DNA from: the human T2T-CHM13v2.0 reference genome, Homo sapiens
Assembly: GCF_009914755.1 (NCBI RefSeq)
Contig: NC_060947.1
Length of the DNA stretch: 64,000 nt
Direction: 5' to 3' (one strand)
A program made the translations under genes and the position numbers. Under the pieces are notes generated by a model. It was not told where the DNA came from. It ran no database searches and saw only the letters and a program-made list of their open reading frames with translations. Shown in pieces: positions 44,250 through 64,000 of this stretch. Every line of letters begins with the position of its first letter. Positions within the stretch are counted from its first letter, which is position 1.

Positions 44250-45350
44250 GGAATCAATTGTATACTTGATTCATCATAAGAATATGCACATTTTTCTTCT
44301 TTCCTTCATGCTTGGAATAATTTAATTCATATTAGGATGATCTTACCTTAAAAGGTTTGGTAGAATTTTTCTTTGGAGATTTCTGGGCCTGGTACTTTTG
44401 CATGGGAGAAATTTAACCAATGTTTTAAATGATCTTTGATGTAATTCATCTGTTTGGACTCTCTATCTCTACTGGGATCAATTTTTGCAAGTTGTATTTT
44501 TCTAGAAATTATTCATTTCATCCGTGTTTTCAAATGTATGTGAATAGAGTTGTGCAAATTATTAATTTAAGAGTGTTGAAAACTTCCTTTCATTGGATAA
44601 CTATTTTTCCTTGTCATTTTAAATTTTTTATATTTTCTTGATTAATTTTTAAAATTCATTTTCTATTTTCTTGATTAAATTATCCAGTGGTTTATTCACT
44701 TTGCTGACCAAGCCAGTATAAACCTGTACACATATTATTGTCATTTTTCCTAACTCATTCACTTCTACTTTTACATGTTGTGATTATTTCCTTCTGCATT
44801 CTTTTAGTTACAATATGGTTCTTTATCAGTATTTTTAATAGAATATATAATTCATTTATTTTAATTTTTTGATTTAGGTATTTAATATTATAAAATTTCC
44901 TGTGATAACTCCTCTAGCTCTAGATTCTGATATGTTTTGTTTTCATTATCACTATCCTCATCTAATTCTGTGATTTTAATCTATTTCCATTTTATTTCAA
45001 ATTTGTTCAGCAATTTCAGACACAGTTGATTTCTATTAATATTTTCTTGATTATCTGAAATGTAGTTGTATTCTTTAATATCAGGCATCAGAGTTAAGTA
45101 GGTCTGTAAGATCTACCATTTAAATTATGTTCTTTAGAATTTCTTTATGTTTTCTAAATTTTCACCACTTGAGTATTCTTGGATGGAGGTAAGTGTGGTA
45201 GAATCATCTTTTATTAATGTGTTTCTTTTGATTTCTCCTTGCCACGTTTAGTGTTTATGAGTATTTTTTGCTGTGTGTGTAAAAAAGTATTAATAACTCA
45301 AATCTTCCTTGTTAAATTTAGCCTTCAGAATTATCAAATGTAAAGTTTCC
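44250..45350 (-). mobile_element. Old L1M ORF2, continuation of 35610-36135
   Basis: GTTTGGTAGAATTTTTC...TCTGGGCCTGG degenerate L1 antisense sequence. Confidence 0.65.
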
Positions 45351-45912
45351 GGTCTTCTTTAATCTATGTATTTATGTATGTATGTATGTATTTATTTCAA
45401 TACATTTTTGGGGAACAAGTAGTGTTTGGTTGCATGAATAAGTTCTTTAGTAGTGATTTCTGAGATTTTGGTGCACCTAGCACCCGGGCAGTGTACACTG
45501 TACTCAATGTGTAGTCTTTTATCCCTTGTTACCCCCCAACCCTTTCCCCTGAGTCCCCAAAGTCCAATGTATCATTCTTATGCTTTTGTGTCCTCATAGC
45601 TTAACTCCCACATATGAATGAGAACGTATGTGTTTGGTTTTAAATTCCTCAGTTACTTCACTTACAATAATAGTCTCCAGTTCCATCCAGATTGCTGAGA
45701 ATGCCATTATTTTCTTCCTTTTTATGGCTGAATAGTATTCCATATATAACTTTTTTTTTAGATATTCGGGGAAAACACCTATTATCTTTCATAAGACCAG
45801 TGGGATAGAGATGACAGTTTTCTTCATTAGTAATGACAGGGGACTTTTTTTCTCCATTTAGCAAGCCGCTGCAGAACCACTAGATCTGACATCATATACA
45901 GAAGCATAATAG

Positions 45913-47346
<1,434 letters not shown>

Positions 47347-50300
47347 TTATCAACTCAATTGATGTGCATTTGGGCTGGTTCCATAGTTTTGCAATTGCAA
47401 ATTGTGCTGCTATAAACATGCATGTGCAAGTATCTTTTTCATACAATGACTTTCTTTCCTCTGGAAGATACCTAGTAGTGGGATTGCTGGATCAAATGGT
47501 AGATCTGTCTTTATTTCTTGCAGGAGTGAGGTATCACATTACGGTTTTGATTCTCATTTCCCTGATAATTAGTGATAAGGATTTTTCCATTGCCTGTTGG
47601 CCATTTGCATATCTTCTTTTGAGAATTGTCTATTTATGTTCTTAGCCTACTTTTTGATTTCTTTTTTCTTACTAATTTGTTTGAGTTTGTTGTAGATTCT
47701 GGATATTTGTCCTTTGTCCCCTAGTACCAGCCTAGAGTTTGGTAGCTGTGCTGGGTGACTAGACCCAGAAAAGCAAAAACAATCATTGCAGTTTGGCTCT
47801 CAGGAAGCACCATTCCTAGGGGAAGGAGAAGAACACCACATCAAGGGAGCACCCCGTGGGACCAAAAAGTCTGAAAAGCAGCCCTTGAATCCCAACCTTC
47901 CCTCTAACATAGTCTAACCAAATAGGAAGGAACCAGAAAAGAATTCTGGTAATATGACAAAACAAGATTCTTTAATACCCCCAAAAGATCATGCCAGCTC
48001 ACCAGCAATGGATCCAAACCAAGATAAACTATTGGAATTTACAGGAAAAGAATTCAGAAGGCTGATTATTAAGCTAATCAAGGAAGCAGCAGAGAAAAGT
48101 GAAGTCCAACTTAAAGAAATTGAAATCACGATACTGGATATGAAAGGAAAATTCTTCAGTGAAAAAGATAGAATAAACAAAAAACAATCACAACTTCTGG
48201 AAATCAAGGGCACACATAGAGAAAAGCAAAATGTACTGGAGAATCTCAGCAACAGAATCAAATAAGCAAAAGAAACAGTTTCAGAGCTTGAAGACAAGGC
48301 TTTTGAATTAACCCAATCCATCAAAGACAAAAAAAAAAAAAAAAGAATTAAAACAAAAATGAAAAAGGCCTCCAAGAAGTTTGAGACTATGTTAAACATC
48401 CAAATCTAAGAATAATTGGTGTTCCTAAGGAAGATATCTAAAAGTTTTGAAAACATATTTTAGGTCATAATCAAGGAAACCTTCCCTGGCCTTGCTAGAG
48501 ATCTAGACATCCAAATCCAAGAAGCTCAAAGAACTCCTGGGAAATTCATTGCAAAAAGATCATCACCTAGGCACATAGTCATCAGATTATCTAAAGTCAA
48601 GACAAAGTAAAAAAAATCATGTAACCTGTAAAGGAAAACCTAGCAGATTAACAGCAGATTTCTCAGCAGAAACCCTACAGGCTACAAGGGATTGGGGTCC
48701 TATTGTTAGCCTTCTTAAACAAAACAATTATCAGCCAAGAATTTTGTATCCAGAAAAACTAAACTTCATAAATGAAGGAAAGAGACAGTCTTCTCCAGAC
48801 AAACAAATGCTGAGAGAATTTGCCACTACCAAGCCAGCACTGCAAGAACTGCAAAAAGGAGCTGTAAATCTTGACACAAATTCTCAAAATACACCAAAAT
48901 AGAACCTCCTTAAAGCATAAGTTTCACAGGACCTATATAACAATAACACAATGAAGAAAAAACAAGTTATTCAGGCAACAAATAGCACAATAAATAGAAT
49001 AGCACCTCACATCTCAATACTCACATTGAATGTAAATGGCCTAAATGCTCCACTTAACAGATACAGAATGGCAGAATGGATAAGAATTCACCAACCAAGT
49101 TTCTGCTGTCTTCAGGAGACATTATATAATGATAAAAGGACCAGTCCAACAAGAAAATATCACAGTCCTAAATATATATGCACCTAACGCTGGAGCTTCC
49201 AAATTTATTAACCTATTATTGCTAGACTTATGAGATAGATGACAACACAATAATAGTGGGGACTTTAATAGTCCCCTGACAGCACTAGACTGGTTATCAA
49301 GACAGAAAGTCAACAAAGAAACAATGGACTTCAACTATACCCTACAACAAATAGACTTAACAGATATTTAAAGAACATTCTATCCAACAACTGCAGAATA
49401 CACATTCTACTCATCAGCACATGGAACATTCTCCAAGATAGAGCATCTGATAGGCTATAAAACAAGACTTAGTACATTTTTAAAAATTGAAGCTATATCA
49501 AGTACTCTCCCAGACCACAGTGGAATAAAATTGGAAATAAACTCCAAAAGGAACTCTCAAAACCATGCAAATGCATGGAAATTAAATAACCTGCTCCTGA
49601 ATAATCATTGGGCCAACAATGAAATCAAGATGGAAATTAAAATTTTTTGACTGAATGATAATAGTGACACAACCCGTGGGATACAGCGAACAGAGGATAT
49701 GTAACCTCTGGGATACAGGAAAAGTGGTGCAAAGAGGAAAGTTCATAGCATTAAATGCCTATATCAAAAAGTCTGAAAGAGCACAAATAGTTTAAGGGCA
49801 CACCTCTCAGAACTGGAGAAACAAGAACAAACCAAACCAAAATCCAGCAGAATAAAAAAAATAACAGATCAAAGCACAACTAAATGAAATTGAAACAGAA
49901 AAATACAAAAGATACATGAAACAAAAAGCTCTTTCTTTACAAAGACTAATAAAATTGATAGATCATTAATGAGATTAACCTAGAAAATTCACACAGTTTC
50001 AGGATACAAAATTAATGTACACAAATCGGTCACTCTGCTATACACCACCAGTGACCAAGATGAGAATCAAATCAAGCTGAAATCCAGCTATTGTGAAATC
50101 AGCTTTCACAGTAGCTGAAAAAAAAAACTTATGAATATACCTAACCAAGGATGTGAACAACCTCTACAAGGAAAACTTCTTTAATCTACTTAGGTCTCTC
50201 TTCTACCCTCATAAACAGAAAGATTATAACCCTGGTTATTTTTATTTGTAGCTGACTGAAATGTTCTTGTTTATTTAAAAAAATTTAACCTATCTTGAGT

Positions 50301-51132
50301 ATATTTGTTTTAGGTATATCTCTTGAGTTAACCCATTTACTTGTATTTAATACGATTCATTTATTTAGTTATTTAGGCTCAATTCTGTCATAACTTCTAG
50401 AAATGTAAATTTCTTATATATACACACACATCTGTATGTATTCAAAATGAATAGAGAGGTGGGGATATTTGACATCAAGAGATGATTCACATAAGAAAAC
50501 AGTAATATAAGCATAAACTTTCTAAAATATGCAAAATTACAATAGCTAAAGAGTGAAAAGGGGAGATACTGAAAATTACACATAATGTTTCAATTTTGCA
50601 AAACACATATGTATACACATTGTTGTATGCATATAAAGACAACATAATGGAAGGAAATGCCAGATATAATATATTTTTTGAAAATAATGTGTGGTAGAGT
50701 TGTTGGTTGATCACAAATTTAATTCTGGACTTGACTATGTTTCCCATATTTGCTAAATTAGTATGGACTCTTTTTAAAATTACAGTTAAAGCTTATAAAA
50801 ACATTGTTATTAAATATTTCAGACATACAAAAAGTTATGGAAGATAATATAATAGGCTTCTATATATTAGAATTAAGAAATAAAACATTACATATGCTGT
50901 TGAAACTCTCTTTGAAGTTTTCTCTGATTACATTAGACTTCTTCTTCCCCAGGGGTAACCACTATCAAGAATTTGGATTTCTCATTCTTAAGACCATTCT
51001 TCATACTTTTATTACATATATATGTTCATAAGTGAAAAACAGTATTGTTTTATTGCATGTATTTATCTATAAATGCCTGGCTATATGAGGGAAAAGAGGA
51101 AGAAAAAATGCATGGAGGACAAATACACATTC

Positions 51133-53566
<2,434 letters not shown>

Positions 53567-53604
53567 CCTTCCTTGCAATATGTATCTTCTTTCAGAGCTT
53601 CTAA

Positions 53605-53950
53605 ATTGGACACACCAATTTTCTCAGTTTATATGCTCTAGGAAACACTGACAGAATCTGCAAATACCATTTTTGCCACTTTGTTCCCTGATGCATTCAA
53701 AGCCTTACAATTTCTCTGGTTCCAGCTATACCAAAACAATGTCTCAGGAAATCCTGAATGTGAAACATTTTCCCATTTGTCTGGGCCTAATATTCTGTCT
53801 TTTACTCACACTATTACTCATCTACACCTGTACATCCATAATCCAATTTGGACCATGCTAGTGAAAGAAGACAACACTTTCTGTGAGTTTGTTTTAATGT
53901 GTCCAGACACAAATACCTTTCTTGGTTTAGGGATGCATCCCATTCAGAAC
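53605..53950 (+). pseudogene. Decayed leucine-rich-repeat coding remnant
   Basis: 24-residue period: IGHTNFLSLYAL/ETLTESANTIFATLFPDAFKALQFLWFQLYQNNVSGNPECETFSHLSGPNILSF...DTNTFLGL. Confidence 0.5.
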
Positions 53951-54001
53951 ATGATCTGATTTTGTATTACAGTTGCTGGGCATGCATGTATTTTCCTTTC
54001 C

Positions 54002-55256
<1,255 letters not shown>

Positions 55257-56084
55257 CTTTTATTGTTTTTAATTGCACAAGGAAGGTGCTTCAAAGATGT
55301 TTTAATTCACATGTGCTGATTGATCCTGGGACCTGGGCTGAATGAGACTGAATGAGCAGGGCCTGAATCCTTCTGTGTCAGTATTCTCCCCTGTGGAAAC
55401 TGTAGTGCTAAACCCTGGGTAGTTTCCTGCAGTCCCTTCCTCTTTACCTCCCTGGTAGCATTCACAACTTAGCTAAGTAGGTGAGTAAACAGAGCAGCCT
55501 ACTGTGAGTTCAAGGGGCTTCATTTGGGAGAGTGCAGAGAGAAGTGTGCTGTGAAACTACTTTCATCTCATGACTTTCACTAAAATCTTGGGACGTGAAG
55601 ACATGGTCTGACTTACAAATATAAGGTTCACCTGAGAGACAGCTTGCCCTTCCCTTAGCCTTCTGTAATTTCCCTGAAGCTTCTCAATTTAGACTGTCAT
55701 GTGAGTGTATTCATATATTTGTTCTGTGATGACCCTATTACTTGATTTTCTTTGAGTAGGGATGTTCCCCTTTTGGATGCTGAGCCACTTTTTTAAGGTA
55801 AAGGTCAGGGATTTTTATTTATTCTTATTATATTTTCACTTCCAAAGCCAAGATATTGTCACTATAGATAAAAATGAAATACGTAAGAAAAAATATAGAG
55901 ATATATATTTTTTAGAAATTCTACTATGCAGATATAAACACCTATATTTAAGAGTAGCAATTAGATGATATCCTATTTACAGATCTATAAACTGATTTAT
56001 TTAGACCAACATCATATTATGAAACTCAACACATGCCGATAAATACAAATATACATAATTAAAATGGCAATAGAGGTATAACAA

Positions 56085-57160
56085 GTCCCTGGCGGATTCA
56101 GAGGCCTGGATGGTCGGGCTGCCCCTGTTGTGGGTACAGGCCCCAGCTCTCTCCCTGGCAGCAGCAGCCCTGTTGTGGAGGCAGCTGTGGCTGCCACACA
56201 CCCTGCCAGGTTCTGGTTGCCTGGCCCTGGGAGCTGTTGTGGTGGGCCAGAACAACACCCACATCACAGGATTAATTTATTTTTCTCCCTCCCCTCTCTT
56301 CAAGTGGAAGAAAGGAGTCTTTTTTAGAGTCATGAGCTGTGCAGCCTCGGGTCAGGGGACGAGTGACGCCAGCAGTCCCCAGGCTGCCCCAGCTGGTGTC
56401 TCAGCAGTTCACATACCTCACCAGTTTACTGTCTCTGGGTATAGCTCAGCACTAGGACTCACCTAAGAGTTGCAGTCTTTATGGCCTAGGTTGCCTTTTA
56501 AACTTATTTGGAAACCCAGAGTGCTGAAGGCACTCAAGTCTGACCATTAGGATGGGTGATTCCCCTCTGGCTCAGGCTTACATGGCACATGTATACATAT
56601 GTAACAAACCTGCACGTTGTGCACATGTACCCTAGAACTTAAAGTCTAATTTTATATATATATATATATAGATAGATAGATAGATAGATAGATAGATGGA
56701 TAGATAGATAGATATATAGATATATATGTTGTGCACATGTACCCTAGAACTTAAAGTCTAATTATATATATATATGTGTGTAATAAATGCTCCCTCTGTG
56801 GGCAGTTGTCAACTGAGTTTGGTCTGGTTTTCCTTTCTGCTCTAACAGTGCAAAACTGAGTTTGATGCCTCACAATTGCTGTGTACTCTGTGCCCCAGCA
56901 GCCAGAGATGCTCTCTGCACCATGGCACCACTGCAGGGCATGGGGGAGAAGTGACATTGGCAATTCAGGGCTGTTTTTTCTATCTCTTCAGTGCCTCTTT
57001 CAGCAATATGAAGAGAAAACCAGGTACTATGAGTGCTCACCTGATATTTTGTTCTTATGAAGGTGTTCTTCTGTGTACATAGTTGTATAACTTAGTATCC
57101 TTGTGAGGGAAGACAATTGGTGGAGCTTTCTATTCTGCCATCTTGCTCTGCTTCTCTCCA
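56085..57160 (-). mobile_element. L1M/L1MA 5'UTR fragment
   Basis: Ends CTATTCTGCCATCTTGCTC (reverse of CAAGATGGCAGAATAG). Confidence 0.7.
56579..56778 (+). repeat. Very short L1PA 3' terminus, (TA)n(TAGA)n microsatellite and duplicated terminus
   Basis: 36-bp copies at 56616-56651 and 56728-56763. Confidence 0.85.
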
Positions 57161-57675
57161 CTTCTGCGTTTTTAAATGCATTCATTTTACTATTGATTTT
57201 GCATAAGAGGTAGAAATAAAAAATGAAAATTCAAGTGAAAGTCTTTTTATCTATTAATGCAACTATATTAGAATAAGAACTTAAATTTTGTCATAGGTGA
57301 TAAATAATTAAAACTATTTAGAGGCTTTGAGTTTCAATTTTTAAATTATTAGTGAGCTAGAATATTTTCCTGTGATAATTATCCATTTGCATTTCTTCCT
57401 TTATGCACTGTTTACATATTTTGTCCTTTTTCCCATTTTGTTATAGGGGCTTTTAATGCATTAAGGCTAATACCTTTCACTGATTGATAGATCAATTATT
57501 TCAACAGATATTTATTGGGTGTAGATTATTTTCCAGACACTCCAGCTATCATCTGTATCCCAGATCTTTCTTTTGGGATCTAGATGCTTATATTTACTGG
57601 AAATGTCCACTTGGATAAATAAAAGTATTGAAAATCATCCATACATGCATGAATTGTCAAGAACATCATACATAG

Positions 57676-57995
<320 letters not shown>

Positions 57996-58112
57996 GAAAT
58001 TAAAATGTTTAATAAAAAGGAAATGTACAAGTTTTCATTAGGTATTTGTCATTTCTTTGTCATTTCTATGTGCTGAAGTAATTTCTCAGATAATTTAGAA
58101 AAAAATGAAGCA

Positions 58113-58790
58113 ACCGGCAGGCAACTCTTGCTAGAGTCTCTGGCACAGCAGTCTTGCATCCGTGTGAACCCAGCCAGATGGTGCAGCCTCCTGTTTCCCA
58201 GGAAAGCCCCAAATGGCAGGGTTTGTGAGCCCACCCACCTCCACCATTAGTAGTCAGGCAGGCAACACTTGCTAAAGTTTCTTGCTCAGTGGCCCTGCTT
58301 CTGTCTGAACTCAGCCACCAGGCACAGTTTCTTGTTGTCCTGGGAACAACACAGTCTTTTGTTGTCCTGGGGAAACCCTGCTCACCTGTGCTGCTGGTAT
58401 CCAGGTGGGCAATGCCTGCTAGAGTTTCCAGCCTAGGAGTCCCACTTCTGCCTGAACTCGGCTGGTGAGTGCAGCTTCCCGTTGTACCAGGAGGCACCTG
58501 GATGACAGGGTAGGTGACCCCACCCATCCCCACCACTGGTAGCCAGGCAGACAAAGCCTGCTAGAACTTCTGGCCCAGTGGTCCACTTCTGTGGGAACTC
58601 AGCCAGCAGGTGCAGCCTCCTGTTGCCCCAGGAAGCACCTGGACTGCAGCCAGGTGACCCCACCCTACCCCCACCACTGGTAGCTAGGTGGGAAATGCCT
58701 GCTAGAAATTTCAAGTCCAGTACTTTTGCTTCTGCCTGAACTCTGCAAGCAGGTGCAATCCCATGTCCCCTGGGAAGCACTCAGGCAGCA
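58113..58790 (+). repeat. About five ~142-bp diverged tandem units in the L1 5'UTR
   Basis: GG(C/T)RGGCAA..C(C/T)TGCTAGA recurs at ~58117, 58257, 58404, 58546 and 58687. Confidence 0.8.
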
Positions 58791-60813
58791 AGTTATAGCT
58801 GAACCAGCAAGTATATGGCCTGTCTGCTAACTGCAGCCCCTGCCTAGACCGGAACACCCAACAGAGGAAACAGGGGCACAAAGAGAGTAATCAGAAAGGG
58901 TTCCTGCAAGACCCAGGAGTGGACTAGAATTGAAGCCAGTTGACTGAACCCACCATATACCACAATCAAAACCTCAAGGGCATCAAAGAAGATAAAAGCA
59001 AAATTAAAAAAATTCCAAAGGACAACAACTCCAAAAATTGGAGGAACATCAGCCCACACAGATGAGAAAGAACCAGCACAAAAATTCTGGCAACTCAAAA
59101 AGCTAGTTCTTCTTACTCCAAATGACCCCACTAGTACCCTAGCAATGGTTATTAACCAGAAAGAAATACTAAAATGTCAGAAATAGAGTTCCGGCATATG
59201 AATAGCAATGAAGATCATTGACGTTCAGTAGAAAGTCAAAACTCAATCCAAGGAATATAAGGAACACAATAAAACAATACAGGAGATAAAAGATGAAATG
59301 GCCATTTTAAGAAAGAACCAAACTAAACTTATAGGGCTGAAAAACTCACTTCAAAAACTGTGTAATACAATCATCAGTGTTAACAGCAGAATTGACCAAG
59401 CTGAGAAAAGAATCTCAGAGCTTTAAGGCTGGTTCTCCAAAAAACTCAGTCAAGCAAAAAGAAAGAAAAAGCAATAATGAAGAATGAACAAAGCCTCCAC
59501 GAAATATGGAATTACATTAAGAGAACAAATATATAAATCATTGGTATCCATGAAAGAGAGGGAGAGAAAGCAAGCAACTTGGAAAACATATTTGAGGATA
59601 TCAACCACAAAAATTTTCCCGACTTCACTAGAGAGGCCAGCATTCAAATTCAGGAAATGCAGAGAACCCCTGTGAGAAACTATACAAGATGATTATTTGC
59701 AAGACACATAGCCATCAGATTGTCTAAGGTTGAAATAAAATAAAAAATGTTAAAGGCAGCTAGAGAGAATGGGCAGGTCATCTACAAAGGAAACCCCACC
59801 AAGCTAACGTGGACCTTTCAGCAGAAACCCTAGAAACCAGAAGATATTAGGGGCCTATACTCAGCATTCTTAAAGGAAAGAAATTTCAACCAAGAATTTT
59901 ATATCCAGCCAAACTAAGCTTCATTAGTGAAGGAGAAATAAGATCCTTTTCAAACAAGCAAATGCTAAGGGAATCTGTTACCACTAGACCTGCCTTATAA
60001 GAGGTTTTAAAGGAAATGCTAAATATGAAAAGGAAAAACAATTACCAGTCACCACAAGAACATATTTAAGTACATGGACCATTGACATTATACAGAAATG
60101 ACACAATCACGTTTCCGTAATAATCACCTAACAACATGATGGCAAGATCAAATCTGCACATATCAATATTAACCTTGAATGTAAATGGGCTAAATGCCCT
60201 AATTAAAAGGCACATAATGGCAAGTTAGATAAAGAAATAAGACTCCACAGTTTTCTGATAGTTCAAGAGCACTATCTCACATGCAATGACACCCATAGAC
60301 TCAAAGTAAGGGGGTGGAGAAAAATGTACCAAGCAAACAGAAGATAGAAAAAAAAAAGCAGGGGTTGCTATTCTAATTTCAGACAAAACAGACTTTAAAT
60401 TGACAATGATAAAGAAAGACAAAGAAGGGCACTAAATAATAGTAAAGAGTTCAATTCAAAAAGAAGACCTGACTATTCTAAATATACATGCACCCAACAC
60501 CGGAGCATTCAGATTCATAAAGCAAGTTCTTAGAAATCTAAAAAGAGACTTAGATAACCACACAGTAAGAGTGGGAGACTTTAATACCCCACTGACAGTA
60601 TTAGACAGGTCATCAAGGCAGGAAACTAACAAAGGTATTTGAGACCTAAACATGACACTTGACCAAAGGGACCTAAAAAAACGTCTACAGAACACTCTGC
60701 CCAACAACAACAGAACATAAATTTGTCTCATCTGCACATGGCACAGACTCTTAAAATCAACCACACAATTGGCCATAAAGCAATACTCAGCAAATTTTTA
60801 AAGAACTGAAATC

Positions 60814-61130
<317 letters not shown>

Positions 61131-64000
61131 TCATACCAAACACACTCTCGAACCACATTGCAATAAAAATAGAAATCAGTACTAAGAAAATTGCTCAAAA
61201 CTATAAAATCATATGAAAATTAACCTTCTTCTAAATGACCTTTGGGTAAACAGTTAAAGTAAGGCAGAAATCAAGAAATTCTTTGAAACTAATGAAAACA
61301 AAGATACAACATACTGGAATCTCTGTGATACTGCTAAAGCATGGTTAAGAGGAAAGTTTATAGCATTAAATGCCCACATCAAAAAGTTAGAAAGATTGCA
61401 AATTAACAACCTGACATCACAGCTAGAGAAACTATATAAACAAAAGCACACTAACCCCAAAGCTAGAATAAGAATATAAATAACCAAAATCAGAGTGCAA
61501 CTGAAGGAAATTAAGACACGAAAAAAACATACAAAAGATCAACAAAATTAGCAGTTAGTTCTTTGAAAGAATAAATAAGACTGATAGGCTCCTAGCTAGA
61601 CTAATGAAGAAAAAAGAGAGAAGATTCAAATAGTACAATCAGGAATGAGAAAGGAGACATCACCAGTTATCCCACAGAAATTTAAAAGAAAAAAACCTTC
61701 AGAGACTACTATGAACACCTTTCTGCACACAAACTAGAAAACCTAGAAGAAATGGATACATTTCTGGAAACATACAACCTCCCAAAATTGAGCCAGGAAG
61801 AAACTGAATTCCTGAACAGACGAGTAACAAGTTCCAAAATTCAATTAATAATAAAAAGCCTATCAACAAGAAAAAGCCCTGGACTAGATAGATTCACAGC
61901 TGAATTCTAGCAGAAATATCAAGAAGAGTTGGTACCATTCTACCGAAAGTATTCCCAAAAATTGAGACGGAGGAACTCTTCTCTAATTCATTCTATGAAG
62001 CCAGTATCATCCTGACACCAAAAACCTGGCAGAAGTACAACAAAAGAAGAAAACTTCAGGCTAATATCCTTGAAGAACATAGATACAAAAATCCCCAACA
62101 CAATACTAGCAATCTGAATCCAGCAGCTTATCAAAATGCTGATCCGCCACAATCAAGTTGTTTTTATGCCTGGGATGCAAAATTGGTTCAACATATACAA
62201 ATCAATATATATGATTCATCACAGAAAGAGAATTAAAAACAAAACCAACATGATCATCTTGATATATGCAGAAAAGACTTTCAATGAAATTCGACAGCCC
62301 TGCATGTTAAAAACCCTCAATGAAGTAGACATCAAAGGAACATACTTCAAAATAATAACAACCATCTATGAAAACACCACAGCCATTATCATATTGAATG
62401 GGCAGAAGCTGGAAGCATTCCCTTTCAAAACCAAAACAAGGTTAGGATGTCTTCTCTCATCACTGTTATTCAACACAGTACTGGATGTCGTGTCCAGAAC
62501 AATCAGGCAAGTAAAAGAAATAAAATCCATCCGAATAGGAAAAAAGGAATTCAAACTACCTGTCTTTGCAGATGAAATGATTCTACACCTAGAAAACCCC
62601 ACAGGATCTGCCCAAAAGTGCCTTGATTTGATAAACAACTTCAGCAAGGTTTCAGGATGCAAATCAATGTACAAGAATCAGTAGTATCCCTATACACCAA
62701 CATCATCCAAGCTGAGAGCCAAATCAAGGATGCAATCCCATTCACAATTGTCACAAAAAAAGTAAAATACCCAGAAATACAGCTAAGTACTGAAGTAAAA
62801 GATCTCTACAAAGAGAATTATGAAACACTGATCAAAGTAATCAGAGATGACACAAACAAATGGAAAAACATTCCATCCTCATGAATAGGAAGAATCAGTA
62901 TTGTTAAAATGACCATACTATCCAAAGCAATTTATAGATTCAATACTATTTCTATTAAACTGGCAATGACATTCCTCACAGAATTAGAACAATCTATTTT
63001 AAATTTTATATGAAACCAAAAAAGGCCTGAATAGCCAAAGCAATGCTAAGCAAAAAAACAAAGCTGCAGGTGTCATGTTACCTGATTTCAAACTATACTA
63101 CAGGGCTACAGTAACCAAAATAGCATGATATTGGTACAAAAACAGACACATAGTCCAATGGAGCAGAATAGAGAGCAGAAATAATGCCATGCATCTACAA
63201 CCATATGATCTTTGACAAAGTCAGCAAAAACAAGCAATGGGGAAAGGACCCCCTATTCAATAAATGGTGCTGGGATAGGTGGCTAGCCATATGCAGAAGA
63301 CTGAAACTGGATCCCTTCCTTTCACCATACAAAAATCAACTCAAGACAGATTAAAGTCTTAAATGTAAAACCTGAAAGTATAAACACCCTGGAATATAAC
63401 CTAGGTAATAGCATTTTGTGCATAGGACCTGGCAAAGATTTCACAATGAAGACACCAAAAGCGATTACGACAAAACCAAAAACAGACAAATGGGACCTAA
63501 TTAAACCAAAGAGCTTTTGCACAGCAAAAGAAACTATCAACAGAATAAACAGACAACCTCCAGAATGAGAGAAAATTTTTGCAAACAATGCATCTGACAA
63601 AGGTGTAATATCCAGAATCTATAAGGAACTTAAACATATTTCCAGGAAAAAAATCTCATTAAAAATTGGCAAAGGACATGAGCAGACACTTTCAAAAGAA
63701 GACATACAGGCAACCAAAAAGCATATGAAAAAAATTTTCAACATCACTAATCATAAGAAAAATGGAAATCAAAACCACAGTGAGATACCATCTCACATCA
63801 ATCAGAATGGCTATTATTAAAAAGTTGAAAAGTAACAGATGCTGGTGAGTGTGTGGAGAAACAGGAACACTTATACACTGCTGGTGTGAATGTAAATTAG
63901 TTCAACCACTGTGGAAAGCAATTTGGCAAGTTCTCAAATAACTTGAAACAGAATTACCATTCAATTCAGCAGTCCCATTACTGAGTACATACCCAAAGGA

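Noticed and set aside
58113-58790. Regularly spaced repeats as a CRISPR-like array
   Set aside because: Whole units are homologous with no unique spacers. These are L1 5'UTR tandem repeats in eukaryotic DNA.

Overview
Primate (human-like) genomic DNA containing AluY/S/J, L1PA/PB/M, THE1, MER4, MLT, Tigger and MIR elements. Most of the window is interspersed repeat, and I found no intact protein-coding gene. Main result: non-repetitive islands between about 2.4 kb and 27.5 kb carry roughly 15 splice-site-bounded, exon-like segments, all on the minus strand. Their stop- and frameshift-broken translations line up in order with MCTP proteins (three C2 domains, then a transmembrane region), at low identity. 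I infer a decayed, intron-containing MCTP-like paralogue with an RFX X-box promoter candidate at about 27.4 kb. A complete MER4 provirus and a long L1 sit in its introns. Also seen: a decayed leucine-rich-repeat coding remnant at about 53.6-53.95 kb, a 185-bp templated insertion, a probable L1 3' transduction and two twin-primed L1s. Repeat subfamily names and the MCTP1 sequences used for comparison are recalled from memory and aligned by eye, so they need database confirmation.
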